From IMG/VR virus record IMGVR_UViG_3300048582_000144, positions 1 through 58,047 of that record: a stretch of 58,047 nucleotides of DNA; one strand, given 5' to 3'. This document shows positions 20,301 to 26,692 of this stretch, piece by piece. This DNA comes from a virus. Taxonomy: Duplodnaviria > Caudoviricetes. Position 1 is the stretch's first letter. Each line of letters starts with the position of its first letter. The notes beneath the pieces are model-generated. The model saw only the letters and a program-made list of their open reading frames with translations, searched no databases and was not told the origin of the DNA. The position numbers and the translations under genes are program-made.

Positions 20301-21889
20301 CCCGCCCGCGCCAGATGAACGCCCTGTCCGTGTTCTTGAGCAACCGGGCACAGGTTCACTACTTCATGACGCACGCCACACCATTGCGCGAGATGGTTTC
20401 CATGTTCCGTGCCACCAAATCGAACGAATCCCTGCGGGTGACGCTTGGCGAGAACTACACCCGCAACCTTGGCCGCGAGTTGAAGCTGATCGAAACCAAC
20501 GGCATGCTGAACGCCGATGGCGTGCTCGAAGCAGAGAAGTTCATGAGGAAGGTACAGAGTGGCTTTGCCCTTGGCGTCCTTGGCCTGAACATCGGCACGA
20601 TCATGATCAACACCACTGCCATGCTGAACACCCTGCTTGGAGTTCCGGCAAAGGAACTGCTTTCCGGGCTGTCACCGGAATACGTCGGGGACGTGAAGCG
20701 GTTCTTCGACTCTCCGGCCATCCAGCGCAGATTGAAGCACGGCACCAGCCACGAGATCCGCATTGCAGCACAGGGCGGCATCGGTTCGCGCCCGCTGGCC
20801 GCTGGAGGCCGCCGTGTGGCCCAGACTAGCATGCAAGGCATCAACTGGTGGGACACCTTCAGCAACTCCGTCCTCGGAGCGCTGGCCTACCGCGCAACGC
20901 TCGTGCAGGCCCGCAAGGCAGGCATGTCCGAAGCCGATGCCGTCGCGGCAGCCGAAAAGGAGATCGACCGGCTTTCTGCCACCGTCATGCAGCCGAACAA
21001 CATGCTTTCACGCTCACTCGGCGAGGTGAAGCTGTCACAGAACCCGATTGGCGGGTTGCTCTTCATGTTCGCCACAGAGCCGCGCAAGAACTTCGCCATC
21101 GGCATGTATGCGGCCCGCAAGCTCATCACCGGCAAGGGAGCCGTCAGCAAGGGCATGGCCGCGCAGCAGCTCATCGTCTTGGGATCGTTCTATTCCGCGT
21201 TCGCTTACCTGATCCGCAGCCTAGTCATGGCCGCATTCAAAGCCGGTGATGACGAGCCAGAAGACATGTGGGAGCGCATGATTGCAAGACTGACCGATGG
21301 CAAAGGATGGACCAACGCGATTCTCACCGAACACCTGAAAGGATTCCCCCTCATCGGCGAAGCGGCATCCAGGCTTATTGGTGGCGTGATCAACGAAGCG
21401 GAGTTCATCAAAGGCGAGCGCATCAAACAATTCGACACGTCCAACAACATCCTCAATCGGGGAGTGGCGGGAGTGTTCAAGGCATCGGAACTGGCAGACT
21501 CGGACCTTTCGCCGGAACAGAAGGTGAAGGTTGCCACCCAGGCGATTCAAGCCACCCTTGGCATGTTCCCCGAGACGGCGTTTCTCTCGCAGGCTGGCAA
21601 CGTCGCCCGCGATGGCCTTGGACTCCTCACCAGCAACGGCATGGAGTTCAGCACGGAGGAGAGAGTTCGCCGGATGAAGGCCCGGTTCTCGAAATACCGC
21701 AAGACCCTGCCCAAGCCCACCGACGCCAACGGCAAGATAGACAAGCTCGCCCAGATGCAGCGGGACATGGCCACCGTTGACTATCTCCGCCGGGAACGGG
21801 CGAAGCTCTCCCCCGAGCAGCGCAAGGCGTTCATGGCGGCGATTGACGGCAGCCTCAATGACAGCGTGAGGGTGTGGCTCATGGAGTGA
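5336..21889 (+). CDS. giant polyvalent protein (5517 aa), probably virion-internal/ejected; four HExxH motifs, L,D-transpeptidase-like domain, LPD5/LPD1-like domains
   Basis: Uninterrupted ORF. HExxH at nt 9137, 12335, 15662, 17360; TPAGRF..IAIH..RISLGCINV around 14750-15265; DFGEKIGGARKD, FRGVEFGNW and EMLARGFSAYVEDK around 16490-18270. Confidence 0.85.
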   Translation: MSSRFRTQTGVEDYLSKFKASTATADQQSSEATGERAQAAFDASAMDKERQQQQAAADAQAKAAQRQADAQRRAALAQEDAQQDLRSIQIEQQRLTIEPDYKAASDAHARAKAARDKFADDQIEQSGDFWVRKDAKTGGITPLSAQEAQARKDARRDAENAFAEEEKRFQPKNQEWEALQAARRKAEFDRLKIQERRLMEKAGLSPQQQDPTAAVTPENLPAPTNATESRMRFYADQQQARMNTYADQQGRPRTVSPLTANLVRLEMQKRAIEARAKLGDIAPEEAAAKIEAATTKQAQLTEQAKEQARTSLTAKLQGQDPAAIAAAPPKPAPREALSKALQEAKLFSSATAAMGQATDKGIRRRPDGNWDLPAMTPQRDNIIEAAVGGIVQTVAQKSGARLDFAGMGDEQQAIQAVFHKFQQDNNLSDEEVQAAWADLGNINRKFGKDETHRVLSDGSLHINEANTAWLDPNKARGIIARAKTTPEAKRQAEARLPERQETMAKAKAEAYDMASGANVFGNDVPAFSSFAKKQGGDLPAAVKAYEDRYLNKRGKGQIKLDEWEAAWTAGKMNVIETVLGLAGMAGIEPASQGAAAFSEASQGIKTGAGADGIDSAVIEQIPALGMQVGLARGAGAVVGAATKSAKAAQAAGSVTAVVTSGAQSAGMTYADERANGTSHEEAQEKARKSGINTAVITGIFQVAGLGGVEKVAAGKAVGEVTMRDILGSTTKAELATNTRRFAANVLKATAGEATEEGIDELTQAFIIADPDTNLADAWGNAIEAAKIGGLIGGVVETGSKAVGSGTTPEQRHQQQLASIAQRIQTDAVNPDLVADAIAEIDPTERVPTPDELKEARQLVAPDQDAFRNHQKQAEAYKAAVAAKDWKGARAIDEAMQAAFPDTETNTVRDTADAVLLVRELGEQDVVTKDAFNQAQAAFNEAMVSGDREAKAMAGPELAAARSARQAHLQTRAAVKIASGMEITALTDAEARAMGFTREADGGLAPMKAKELADNGLTAPLMRPAADGSAILTDDVVATVRATSERAGRRVKLNEQEAADLAQKRFDAANTPPPATNEQDQQGQSQAAPSPQAPQSTPTSSESPGGTVRDGTGQPAAASSDGAGVAPEAAVQEVEDPFEPTAEDEAALLAELEAEMAGEDVDVNESPVSATQEPEASTDAPQAPTPEPTRATPESIRSAKQVQANIQAAVPRLKGKVTTQDGTRPSGGVFIGLDGRMTISPRDIAGEMQRNGWDEATATRILTDLAVSHEVAHIAQVDALRARWKEEKPRMSFETYFLKFYGEQYAEMGGKGGQIDIEAANIYDPTAGNPQWQSLSAGQKGAEIFRMFLENKLTGTTSELSREIERQGVTKGFIQLIKDAIAYLKGVIDTLPDQAKAHLEELEAFYRELTLSPASQSDTTPTPEEAITPDAGESPSKPAKKQIDSPARREAFRLLRSGELIVIDKIIGGKIQAPPTGMLKIAKAALETGKATQKQRDMLDFWDNAGFNQYIPKYAFGTDFNGKVAQELHGMLFTQDKSNTALDDWAGLLGDKLTNDEAMLEVMGELTRISKGITTETDARNPNKEEAAPEEIAAAEAEAKAGKKEGTTQAKQDKAFDAAQANPSDAAIGMDAADFSPDMIGGTITVDGEPMLVADVETDSMGITTAVVLQNGKRFGRQVLEDGEVVFVEEDAPEVEAEPVDDQVRAEESTPVDETPSPVEETAAEKFDRELRAERRAERLEMMQRPIAQQSPKVWYDEEAAKRGIGPDELTADEIRVYKGMWNSARKAALAKNEPVIDNMQDDGKPPKKGYVRRGDIWYPPTQKPASPGKSVENLIQEYRKILPDWRSKEDTDDDIKFAMRTIKRLAKPDVNQKAATEALKLIPEFGTDAPLYHLGLKDVPKTKTEWMPDVSKRTSPLDKEDFLQEMKDFLAPPKKPDLPSPITYMQLNARFRGVDMPKDITARYNKVYNRLGAKGIQWLANTIRRDAKLSMGSDNYFPIIADLEANVDLAERYREEWDTEAPTSAMDRKNTDAKELFADDGGFKLGQETTTDGAKVAAERKAKEEAKAAADAAQRSLFDEGPTLTPEEQALKDALEGLFASRSRDTGTPDLFAPENLARPSMKEVKTPSNKSALGAYRALTAKKQAGKTLKPEEEQDLLEAETALGQKMAFDMAPENLKGKDTDLLQAAIVEATMPQAARSMRAVQQSMFMGEEGRGGQQSLFSSASPNPDFQNLRRSITTELTKTPSQYQYEPTQETRPDIAALLEKSGLQRVVPTNLRLDTDQLEEISGAQVVFVREQNPIGLVSANTLSVPRVIIINADTTAASVGYLIAHEMTHVAQKVSAAPSGPIIKRITELASKEEITAMFKTLLFKGYDNNKTLITAEIHAHLVADAVAGTNTLGLQELANREQLTSELVAYFDSLPRLNPDARKGQLFAEAAESPPSGETLRSSASPAPDYSAPIPPAVIAKMWGSLTALVESGQVTSPETLAATLKKFGPGAPKLSQGLWSIISAVKGEAPTAPDWAGIYGASVQTPGDGQQVQTGEGAGDVVAGGGESRVAVGEAAEVNAAQWKIPNDYTGIWREAVDAGLPLAQIIEPPAGWKSTPRSVNVFTDHKTKQKVARFEHFFIHPDGRHGMMIEQDISNGVSKPIVANVMTRDNSMGVKGWDIAKNQFDGTVEQVVKEIQRRNDYINMKEGKEGWKLETQPASSDDTAETYAKSVQRNLKHMGTKGDEWSVVPFTGREIENPEGGRPMIEQDYLSVQGAGWKQAPTLYPGTSQSPACGWCGKAPVKYLFGIKNDSKKWSMMVGSECITHFSEKSGDAQSQEAKASFNRAAWQSLDDSLKEIKKELSTSTSDSYYRYTTTWSSKAASDLYEQGTKLRGKLSQKDSSDGAFTSWQRKNGQAVEALVTKIRDELQADDAKKYRVRKREGFIRNLESEITNGKSSYGRRYPLSEADIERNTRQIEAYKKEIAEITAPVAVEADQPPTPAAKESLTTETRTTEAVEASLSESEKQQAAVELGHKSWTPEARKSFLSRLADWMVSGVESSAKLAAMFAKVVKRAALSVVVAVSITSTTAPTVEAISASAITNQSPAVPFAKETQEIGSVMQPTVIPRKETTAPSATSQTPSASFGSQETSDNVRVMADWVMGNRDNRGKPFTIADKTEGSIYFFDGTGTLVEAAPAIYGSAKGDVLSERQLRQGIASTRANKADQITPAGRFETATSKSRAYGEVVPVMSKKAGSRIAIHKVFLGRESTEKRQRRLSTPTGADNRISLGCINVPASVAKSAAGLFREGGIVYVLPETKAGKELFSGFEALDTKQTDKGTALFSSASPSQFPEVETIAKTSLTEPPNKYEYEAYEHPSPQVRQFLQINRLQGYRRTPDSSDTRRIEEITGATIIFVRGTPKLTLGRNSTTHPRIVAINTEYPMASVGYGIVHELVHVAQKDSSTQARSILRDIRSLLSTKEVERINGYLHNYGYGNSSPEEVAAEFQAFLVADAVMGTNYIGIDNLQKSQEMKYLLRGFFSGLPRLSPNNGIMELFSSGNALFSSASRNGQSPYSAPIPPAVIAKMWGSLTALVESGQVTSPESLAATLKKFGPGAPKLSQGLWSIISAVKGEAPTAPDWAGIYGASVQTPGDGQQVQTGEGAGDVVAGGGESRVAVGEEAVKESLTTETKEEAPEPGTPDFRLLPTEDKKEIVQKKRKAASAEKAGINDFGEKIGGARKDMSIKTGEKTRPKKTNDKPGWFNRYEVNEVVAETKASSPLERYWMQSASAKQEESAVGRFVINDKRKLDWSGKPERATRQTFATREEAEAAIPLLEASRNHKLRRETVEGADQWGIWRIVSDRKRVQVVKQTFATENEAREFLAKNAADIIETKTSWREELIVKPEKPVRKGPERRNRPADKKMFEDAFGFRGVEFGNWMRQAGDGKERQEVLNHAYDGLLDLVEILNIPPKAISLNGDLGLAFGARGQGLSGAKAHYEPDYVVINLTKMSGAGSLAHEWIHSLDHYLGRQDGRASSEWIKDASGSRIKKPGGPEQSMVSHGFSRKESKVREEVRNAFTRLMDTIMNKSVEFVEDSNAAERFVERARTELEKKLGSLRKDYTRDPDPRWEKRRKPATEAQLAVFDAMADRFLNGMDLETDWRPVDGKARLNYRWTNDALETLNALHKAITNRSGFNKDGGQLDHLRQDMKHYAVRIKMLESAQSTDTKTRKVPTAFSMNAKAIDQGSLSDYWNLPHEMLARGFSAYVEDKIAATGGSSDFLSYGSDNRLPKYRIFNVKPFPEGTEREAINSAFDNLFNILDTKETDKGTALFSSASPARRSDPILDRIKAMVADPDKKAETYVRAARYVSDVRNRFDTGRLKREFSAQGIDSARYTMIRDVAILEAIVKALPKEMRGKFVGKFRNVAEMKTEKGRERYMLAMLPKVEKALEAHLQTLYRQDIRKVIDKSKPKPNASRNLRGKIGASGHAIVKQAVSAMTLKVDTEKQLEIATDALANVITETTSDEVQDIAETALDRIRRAKDTEAKLKIANEALWELESTEDDANIAAIVNQATNAMLLDTNEALTLAAAHREKIEIGTKRVGDDDVPLTLDEWEELEGKAVALELFSDYENASSARLAKALEFLKGVYSESREQWLKVLKERKAQKEDDIETLRKTIKAPDFITNEMLAAAKKKSEKIVHRFGTAMLEWISSYEQILGQLKENTQDPQALAWVDEQVAKLRDARGEYDDKLEGERVALEEAMADIFGTGTGWTDKFKLDPILHGLSTRREDHGVTVLEGVSKDTIPVPVKLAESLVRKETSTYTHNGVKYEIVAQDMVALEEAWERFQELPDEAQGRKPLIYFTRVKSEGKRNTIGAYSQLEMLKEWLAMRQADLAKKYESRGWDETTMEQLESALTPEVKRLGLWLVDRLESQRSELDAKHRSEYGIGLDLVDNYFPALFENAQSQDSNLGPDGVDTNVAAKTASALKGRVAHNARPRQMNALSVFLSNRAQVHYFMTHATPLREMVSMFRATKSNESLRVTLGENYTRNLGRELKLIETNGMLNADGVLEAEKFMRKVQSGFALGVLGLNIGTIMINTTAMLNTLLGVPAKELLSGLSPEYVGDVKRFFDSPAIQRRLKHGTSHEIRIAAQGGIGSRPLAAGGRRVAQTSMQGINWWDTFSNSVLGALAYRATLVQARKAGMSEADAVAAAEKEIDRLSATVMQPNNMLSRSLGEVKLSQNPIGGLLFMFATEPRKNFAIGMYAARKLITGKGAVSKGMAAQQLIVLGSFYSAFAYLIRSLVMAAFKAGDDEPEDMWERMIARLTDGKGWTNAILTEHLKGFPLIGEAASRLIGGVINEAEFIKGERIKQFDTSNNILNRGVAGVFKASELADSDLSPEQKVKVATQAIQATLGMFPETAFLSQAGNVARDGLGLLTSNGMEFSTEERVRRMKARFSKYRKTLPKPTDANGKIDKLAQMQRDMATVDYLRRERAKLSPEQRKAFMAAIDGSLNDSVRVWLME
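12712..13031 (+). repeat. 320-bp intragenic direct repeat, copy 1
   Basis: Matches 16027-16346; one amino-acid difference (T/S); differences are confined to the 5' part. Confidence 0.95.
14317..14341 (+). repeat. 25-bp intragenic repeat (KESLTTET), copy 1; copy 2 at 16354-16378
   Basis: CAAGGAATCCTTGACCACTGAGACG is identical in both copies. Confidence 0.9.
15299..15345 (+). repeat. 47-bp intragenic repeat (LDTK.TDKGTALFSSA), copy 1; copy 2 at 18266-18312
   Basis: Two mismatches between the copies. Confidence 0.9.
16027..16346 (+). repeat. 320-bp intragenic direct repeat, copy 2
   Basis: Matches 12712-13031. Confidence 0.95.
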
Positions 21890-21972
21890 ATCGGCTTGCT
21901 TTCAAGGTCCTGAAGGCATATCCGTCCGGGCATGCACGCATCCGAAGTCGCCAAGTGGAAGGGACCGAAGCC

Positions 21973-22293
21973 ATGAACGCAACCCCAACGCTTCGCCGCC
22001 CGCCTTTCCTATTTCCCACAGCAGAGGAAATGAAGGAACAGTTCAAGGACATCCCAAGGATACCGGACATCGCCACCATGATCTTCGACAACGCCCGCGC
22101 TACCGCCAAGGAACTCGAAGGCAAGAACATCCCCGCCGCCGACCTCACCGACTCCCAGAAGTGCGCCCTGTTCACCCTTGCAGGCTTCATGAAATACGAG
22201 AACGGCCGCATGGTCAGCATCCGCCAGGTGGGGATCACAGACCGTGGAGACGGCGGGTATCTCTTGGCAATCGCACCGGAGGAAAGAGCATGA
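21973..22293 (+). CDS. hypothetical protein
   Basis: First of a run of small overlapping (ATGA-coupled) ORFs. Confidence 0.6.
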   Translation: MNATPTLRRPPFLFPTAEEMKEQFKDIPRIPDIATMIFDNARATAKELEGKNIPAADLTDSQKCALFTLAGFMKYENGRMVSIRQVGITDRGDGGYLLAIAPEERA

Positions 22294-22562
22294 ACAACAC
22301 CATCCAAAAGATCGCCCACAATAGCGACCTGCCAAACCCGCAAACAGGCCCCGTTCAATTCGGAGACAATTACCCCGGCATGTTCATCCGTGGAGATGAC
22401 TGCATGGGGATCCAAGCGGCTATCATCAGAAGCCGGGAGTTCATGAAAGGCAAATCCCGCCGAGAAATCGCCGAAAGCCCCGCGCTTCTTTATCTCAAAG
22501 CCCTGTGCGATGACCTTGAGGACATCGAGAAAGGCTTGATGTTTGTTAAGGAAAAATCATGA
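22290..22562 (+). CDS. hypothetical protein (TGPVQFGDNYPGMFIRGD motif)
   Basis: ATGA overlap with both neighbours. Confidence 0.65.
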   Translation: MNNTIQKIAHNSDLPNPQTGPVQFGDNYPGMFIRGDDCMGIQAAIIRSREFMKGKSRREIAESPALLYLKALCDDLEDIEKGLMFVKEKS

Positions 22563-22846
22563 CCCCCGAAGAATCCGCATACCTTGACACGCTTGTCACA
22601 AGGCTCGACGAGATCCTTGCGGAGCTTGGAGAACACTTCGACTGTATCCAGATAATCGGCACTTACATGGGCGACGACGGCAACACCAATCGGGTCACTC
22701 GTGGCATCGGCAACTGGTATGCAAGGCAGGGAGTGGCCCGCGAATTCCTCGAAATGGACGCCGCGCAGACCACGGCTTTCGAGATTGCGAAGGTGATGCC
22801 AAGGCCAGAGCCGCCGGATGATGGGGAGAGTTGGAAGGCGGAGTGA
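22559..22846 (+). CDS. hypothetical protein (GNWYARQG motif)
   Basis: ATGA overlap with the upstream ORF. Confidence 0.65.
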   Translation: MTPEESAYLDTLVTRLDEILAELGEHFDCIQIIGTYMGDDGNTNRVTRGIGNWYARQGVAREFLEMDAAQTTAFEIAKVMPRPEPPDDGESWKAE

Positions 22847-22847
22847 T

Positions 22848-23012
22848 ATGAAAACCAGGAACACAGAACAAGCCGACGCCAAAGGCAAACTCTCAAGAGG
22901 TGGTTACCACCGCTGGCTGAAACGCCACAAGGTCCGCATAGAGCGGCAGCGGGCCAAACAAGATCCGGAATGCTCTCCCTGTTACCGCAAGTTCTCCGGT
23001 TACGAGATGTGA
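22848..23012 (+). CDS. small basic hypothetical protein
   Basis: Starts 1 nt after the upstream stop. Confidence 0.5.
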   Translation: MKTRNTEQADAKGKLSRGGYHRWLKRHKVRIERQRAKQDPECSPCYRKFSGYEM

Positions 23013-23055
23013 TTTCCCCTTGCATCGCTGCGGGCGAAGCGGTAGGGAATCTCTC

Positions 23056-23130
23056 GCGCGGCAGAAACCATCCAGTCTCGGACTCATAACCCGGCGGACA
23101 GTGGCGTTTGGTGAGAAACCAATCCCGCGC
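23056..23130 (+). ncRNA. candidate small structured RNA (multi-stem)
   Basis: GCGCGG/CCGCGC closing stem, TTGGT-GAGAA-ACCAA hairpin, and a stem carrying a CTCATAA loop. Confidence 0.35.
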
Positions 23131-23137
23131 AACTTTC

Positions 23138-23213
23138 AGCCCGCCACCCCGGAGCGCACTTCTCAGCTTCGCTCACTTCGGAGAGCGTCGGCGTCCGGGG
23201 TGGCGGGCTTTTT
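23138..23213 (+). terminator. long hairpin terminator between convergent genes
   Basis: Perfect 16-bp stem AGCCCGCCACCCCGGA/TCCGGGGTGGCGGGCT followed by TTTT. Confidence 0.75.
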
Positions 23214-23217
23214 CGCT

Positions 23218-23448
23218 TCAAAACCCCAGCACACTCTTCCGCAGCCGGCGGTGAGACCTCCCAAACATCTCCGCCACATGGGTCCGCGGAATCCGCATCC
23301 TCACAATCAGATGCTTCCACACCGCCACCCGCGCCTGATGCGCCCGGTAATAATGGACGTGCGCAGTGATGAACACCGGGGGGATGCCAAACACCCGAGC
23401 CTTCCAGTAAACCACCTCACGCACCCGCTGGCGCGTCCTCTCTGACAT
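23218..23448 (-). CDS. small DNA-binding protein resembling the DnaA C-terminal (domain IV) HTH
   Basis: VFGIP..ITA.....AR..VW..L.......VAEMFGRSH pattern. Confidence 0.55.
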   Translation of the reverse strand: MSERTRQRVREVVYWKARVFGIPPVFITAHVHYYRAHQARVAVWKHLIVRMRIPRTHVAEMFGRSHRRLRKSVLGF

Positions 23449-23516
23449 CGGCTCTCTTTTGCGTCCCGGCATGCCCCCGCAAATACGGCATTTCGGCTTT
23501 CCTGACAATCATTGGA

Positions 23517-23554
23517 TTGCGCCCGTATTTCAGCCGCCGGAATGGCCCCATGCT
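23517..23554 (+). promoter_or_regulatory. putative late promoter upstream of portal
   Basis: TTGCGCCCGTATTTCAGCC at 23517; CATGCT at +32. Confidence 0.65.
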
Positions 23555-23561
23555 CCCCGCC

Positions 23562-25709
23562 ATGGTGACAGTCGAGGCCAAGCAGACCGATTTCAACGGG
23601 AACGATTCCGAGCAGAAGCAGAGGCTCGTGGATATGGCCCGCTGGCAGACCAGCCCGCTCGCCCGCACCATGGACGACACCGAGCGCCGTTGGCTCCTCA
23701 ATCACGTCTGCAACCGGTTCCGCGACATGCACCAAGCCATGAGTATATGGCGGCACAAGATGCGCGTCTGGGAGCGCCAGAGCGAAGGAGACTTCAACGA
23801 CCGGATCATGGCACCGGACGAAGTAAACCCATCCACCGTCAAGGACATCTTCACCGAGCAGAACGACACCCTCGGATTGGTCAACGGATTCTGCGATTTC
23901 CACTACGCCCAGGCCAAAGACGACCTGTTCGGAACCAAGCCATGGCTCGCCGTCACCCCCGAAGGAAAGGCCGACATCGACCTCGCCGACACCATTTCCA
24001 AGCACGCGCAGTGGAAGTTCAACCACGCCGACATTGAGGCCACCTTGCTGGATGCCCTCCGCGTCTCGACATGGGGCGGGACAGCGTTCGTCAAATCCGC
24101 ATGGGAGAACGACGTGGAAACCTTCGAGCGCATCATCAACGCCGCGCACGATGCCATGACCGGCGAGCCGATCCGCAACGATGCCGGCGACTTCATCACC
24201 ACCGCCGAAGAGATCGAAGCCATCATCGAGCAGGGCGCACAGATCGACCCGGAAGCCGTGGATTGGCGGGAAGTGGAAATCAAAGACACCCTGGCCGTTT
24301 ACCAGAACGTCACCAATTCGATGGTGGACTACCACGACATCGCATTCGACCCGCTCGCCCCGGCCCTCGACCTCCGCCACACCGACGTATTCGTGAAATT
24401 CCGCATGGGAATGCTGGACGCGATGGCCAAGTTCAACATCCCCGACGAAGAGCGCGGCAACCTGCACGGTGCCATCACCGGCATTTCCGAGAACGCCCGC
24501 CACCACCGCGACGAGGTGAGCAACGACCTGCACGACAACTACGAGGAGCAGACCAACCCGGTGATCACGCTGGTTGAGGGATTTGTCCGGGTGAAGCCGA
24601 AGATGAACGGCGCACTCTCCCGCATCCACGTTATTTTCTCCCCGGACCTCCACATCCTGTTCGCCGTGGACTACCTCGCGAACATCACCCCCGGAGCGAT
24701 GCTCCCGGTGTTCCCGATCCGCATCAACAAGACCCCCGGCCGCATTTTCGGCGTGGGCTACTTCGAGAAGTTTCAGGACTTCAACAACGCGGTGGATCGC
24801 CAATACAACACCACCACCTACCGAAACCGCTTCAGCCAGCACGTTTACACTGCCGTCAACCCTTCCGCGCTCAAGGACGGAGGCGAAGGATTCGACATCA
24901 ACACCCTCGACCCGAAAACCCCCTACGAACTGGCGGTGGACAAGACCATCGACGCCTTCCTCCAGTTCAAAACGATGCCGGACAACAACACCCGGAGCAT
25001 CGAACTCATGAACCAAATGCTCCAGATGGCGCAGATGATTTCAGGCATCACGTCCGCAGCGCAGGGAGAGTTGAAAGGAGTCCCGAACGCCACCACCGCC
25101 ACCGGCGTTCGAGACCTTCAAAGCCGCGGGGCAACCATCCTGAAATCCCCCATCGACGAGCAATCCACCGACATCCGCGTGATCGTGGAATATGACGTGC
25201 ATGTCCTCTACGCGAACCACGACCACGACGAAACCTTCACCTGGAACGAAGGCCGCAACGCCGAGCTTCTGACGATGAAGGCAAACGACGTGGCCGGGCT
25301 CCGCGCGAATGTCACCTTGACCATGAGCCAGAGCCAGAACGCCCGGAAGATCGAAAGCGGGTTGTCTGCGATCAAAATGCTTCAGACCTACATCAGTCTT
25401 CCCGAGATCGACAAGACCACCGCCAAGCCTCTTTTCGAGCAAACCCTTTCAGCCCTCGGATTCCACAACGCCACCGACATCCTCCGCGATGGAGTGGTTG
25501 ACGCCGCATCGCTCTTGGAAATCGCCCCGCCGGAGCTTCAGGCCGCCGTGCAGATGGCCATCGAGCAGAGCGCGATGATGCCGCCGGCTGGAGCAGCCCC
25601 CGAAGAAATGCTCGACCCCTCCATGCCATTCCCCGGCGAGGAGGAAGAGCTTCCTCCCGAAGCAGCAGAAGCACCCGTTGCGCCCGTGGATGAATTCTCT
25701 GCCGTCTGA
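23562..25709 (+). CDS. portal protein (P22/podovirus-like)
   Basis: About 715 aa; G.G..E.F.D.N...D and SGITSAAQG..TATATG patterns; acidic Pro-rich tail; position in the genome. Confidence 0.75.
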   Translation: MVTVEAKQTDFNGNDSEQKQRLVDMARWQTSPLARTMDDTERRWLLNHVCNRFRDMHQAMSIWRHKMRVWERQSEGDFNDRIMAPDEVNPSTVKDIFTEQNDTLGLVNGFCDFHYAQAKDDLFGTKPWLAVTPEGKADIDLADTISKHAQWKFNHADIEATLLDALRVSTWGGTAFVKSAWENDVETFERIINAAHDAMTGEPIRNDAGDFITTAEEIEAIIEQGAQIDPEAVDWREVEIKDTLAVYQNVTNSMVDYHDIAFDPLAPALDLRHTDVFVKFRMGMLDAMAKFNIPDEERGNLHGAITGISENARHHRDEVSNDLHDNYEEQTNPVITLVEGFVRVKPKMNGALSRIHVIFSPDLHILFAVDYLANITPGAMLPVFPIRINKTPGRIFGVGYFEKFQDFNNAVDRQYNTTTYRNRFSQHVYTAVNPSALKDGGEGFDINTLDPKTPYELAVDKTIDAFLQFKTMPDNNTRSIELMNQMLQMAQMISGITSAAQGELKGVPNATTATGVRDLQSRGATILKSPIDEQSTDIRVIVEYDVHVLYANHDHDETFTWNEGRNAELLTMKANDVAGLRANVTLTMSQSQNARKIESGLSAIKMLQTYISLPEIDKTTAKPLFEQTLSALGFHNATDILRDGVVDAASLLEIAPPELQAAVQMAIEQSAMMPPAGAAPEEMLDPSMPFPGEEEELPPEAAEAPVAPVDEFSAV

Positions 25710-25715
25710 AATCCT
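25678..25715 (+). promoter_or_regulatory. putative late promoter within the portal 3' end
   Basis: TTGCGCCCGTG at 25678; AATCCT at +32; next ATG at 25736. Confidence 0.45.
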
Positions 25716-25735
25716 CAACCAACCTCGAAACCGCC

Positions 25736-26692
25736 ATGAACCAGACCACTCCCATCCGCTCCCACACCGCCGCCGTCTGGCGGCAACTCAAGCCCGTGCT
25801 GGCCAAGAACGAACCGGGCCGCGAGTCGGACACGGGCAAGGTGAAGTATGGCAACGGCTTCAGCCCGTGGGCGGACCTTCCGTATGAGATGGAAAAGGAC
25901 GTGGCCGGAGCCGGACACACGATGCACCCGACGCCGGGAACGCCGGTTAATGGAGTAGCGGCGACAGCGATCATTAACCCGACCGGATCTGACAACAGTG
26001 TTCTCTACACCGCCAATGTTGCGGGAGCCGCTGGAAATGACATCACCGTCACCTACGCCACGCCTGCCGCTTCCGCCGAGACTGCCGTTGCCGTGTCAGA
26101 CAAGGCAATCACCGTCACCCCAGGCGACAGGGCACGCATGATAATCACAGCGGTTTCCGACGTGGAAGTGGACGGACAGGAACTCGCATACCAAGGCGAG
26201 GGGGCAAACGGAAAAGTTTGGGCAACCGATGGGATCACAGATCCCACAGGTGTTGCGCCATCTGGTGACGGAGTTCTTCTTTATACGGATTCTGCGTCTA
26301 GCTGTTCGCTCTTTCTTTATGAATCTTCCATCATCACAAAACAATGGGCAGACTTCACCCCAAGCGCTTGGCCAGATGGAGATGCACTTGTTGCTGGAAC
26401 GGGTGCCGTTGACGACGCATCCGTCAACGCTGGCATTTCATCCGCCGCGCAAGTGATCGCCGCAGTGAACGCCAATACTGATGCCGCCGCGCTCGTGCTT
26501 GCTGCCGCATCGGGCACCGTCACAGGAGCCGTCGCCGCTGTTACCGCTACCGCCCTCACAGGCGGCATCGACGCCACCGCCGCCCCGGCAGGCAAGGAAC
26601 TCTTCGACGAAGACTTCCGCTACCTCGCCATCACCAACATCACCACATCCTCAACCTCCGGCTGGATGAAATCCGCAATCGCCGCACTGTAA
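25736..26692 (+). CDS. virion structural protein (Ala/Thr/Gly-rich)
   Basis: AGAAGNDITV and TALTGG motifs; located in the structural module. Confidence 0.65.
   Translation: MNQTTPIRSHTAAVWRQLKPVLAKNEPGRESDTGKVKYGNGFSPWADLPYEMEKDVAGAGHTMHPTPGTPVNGVAATAIINPTGSDNSVLYTANVAGAAGNDITVTYATPAASAETAVAVSDKAITVTPGDRARMIITAVSDVEVDGQELAYQGEGANGKVWATDGITDPTGVAPSGDGVLLYTDSASSCSLFLYESSIITKQWADFTPSAWPDGDALVAGTGAVDDASVNAGISSAAQVIAAVNANTDAAALVLAAASGTVTGAVAAVTATALTGGIDATAAPAGKELFDEDFRYLAITNITTSSTSGWMKSAIAAL

Noticed and set aside
23078-23094. tRNA-Met suggested by TCGGA-CTCATAA-CCCGG
   Set aside because: It resembles an anticodon arm only; no D loop, T loop or acceptor stem is present.
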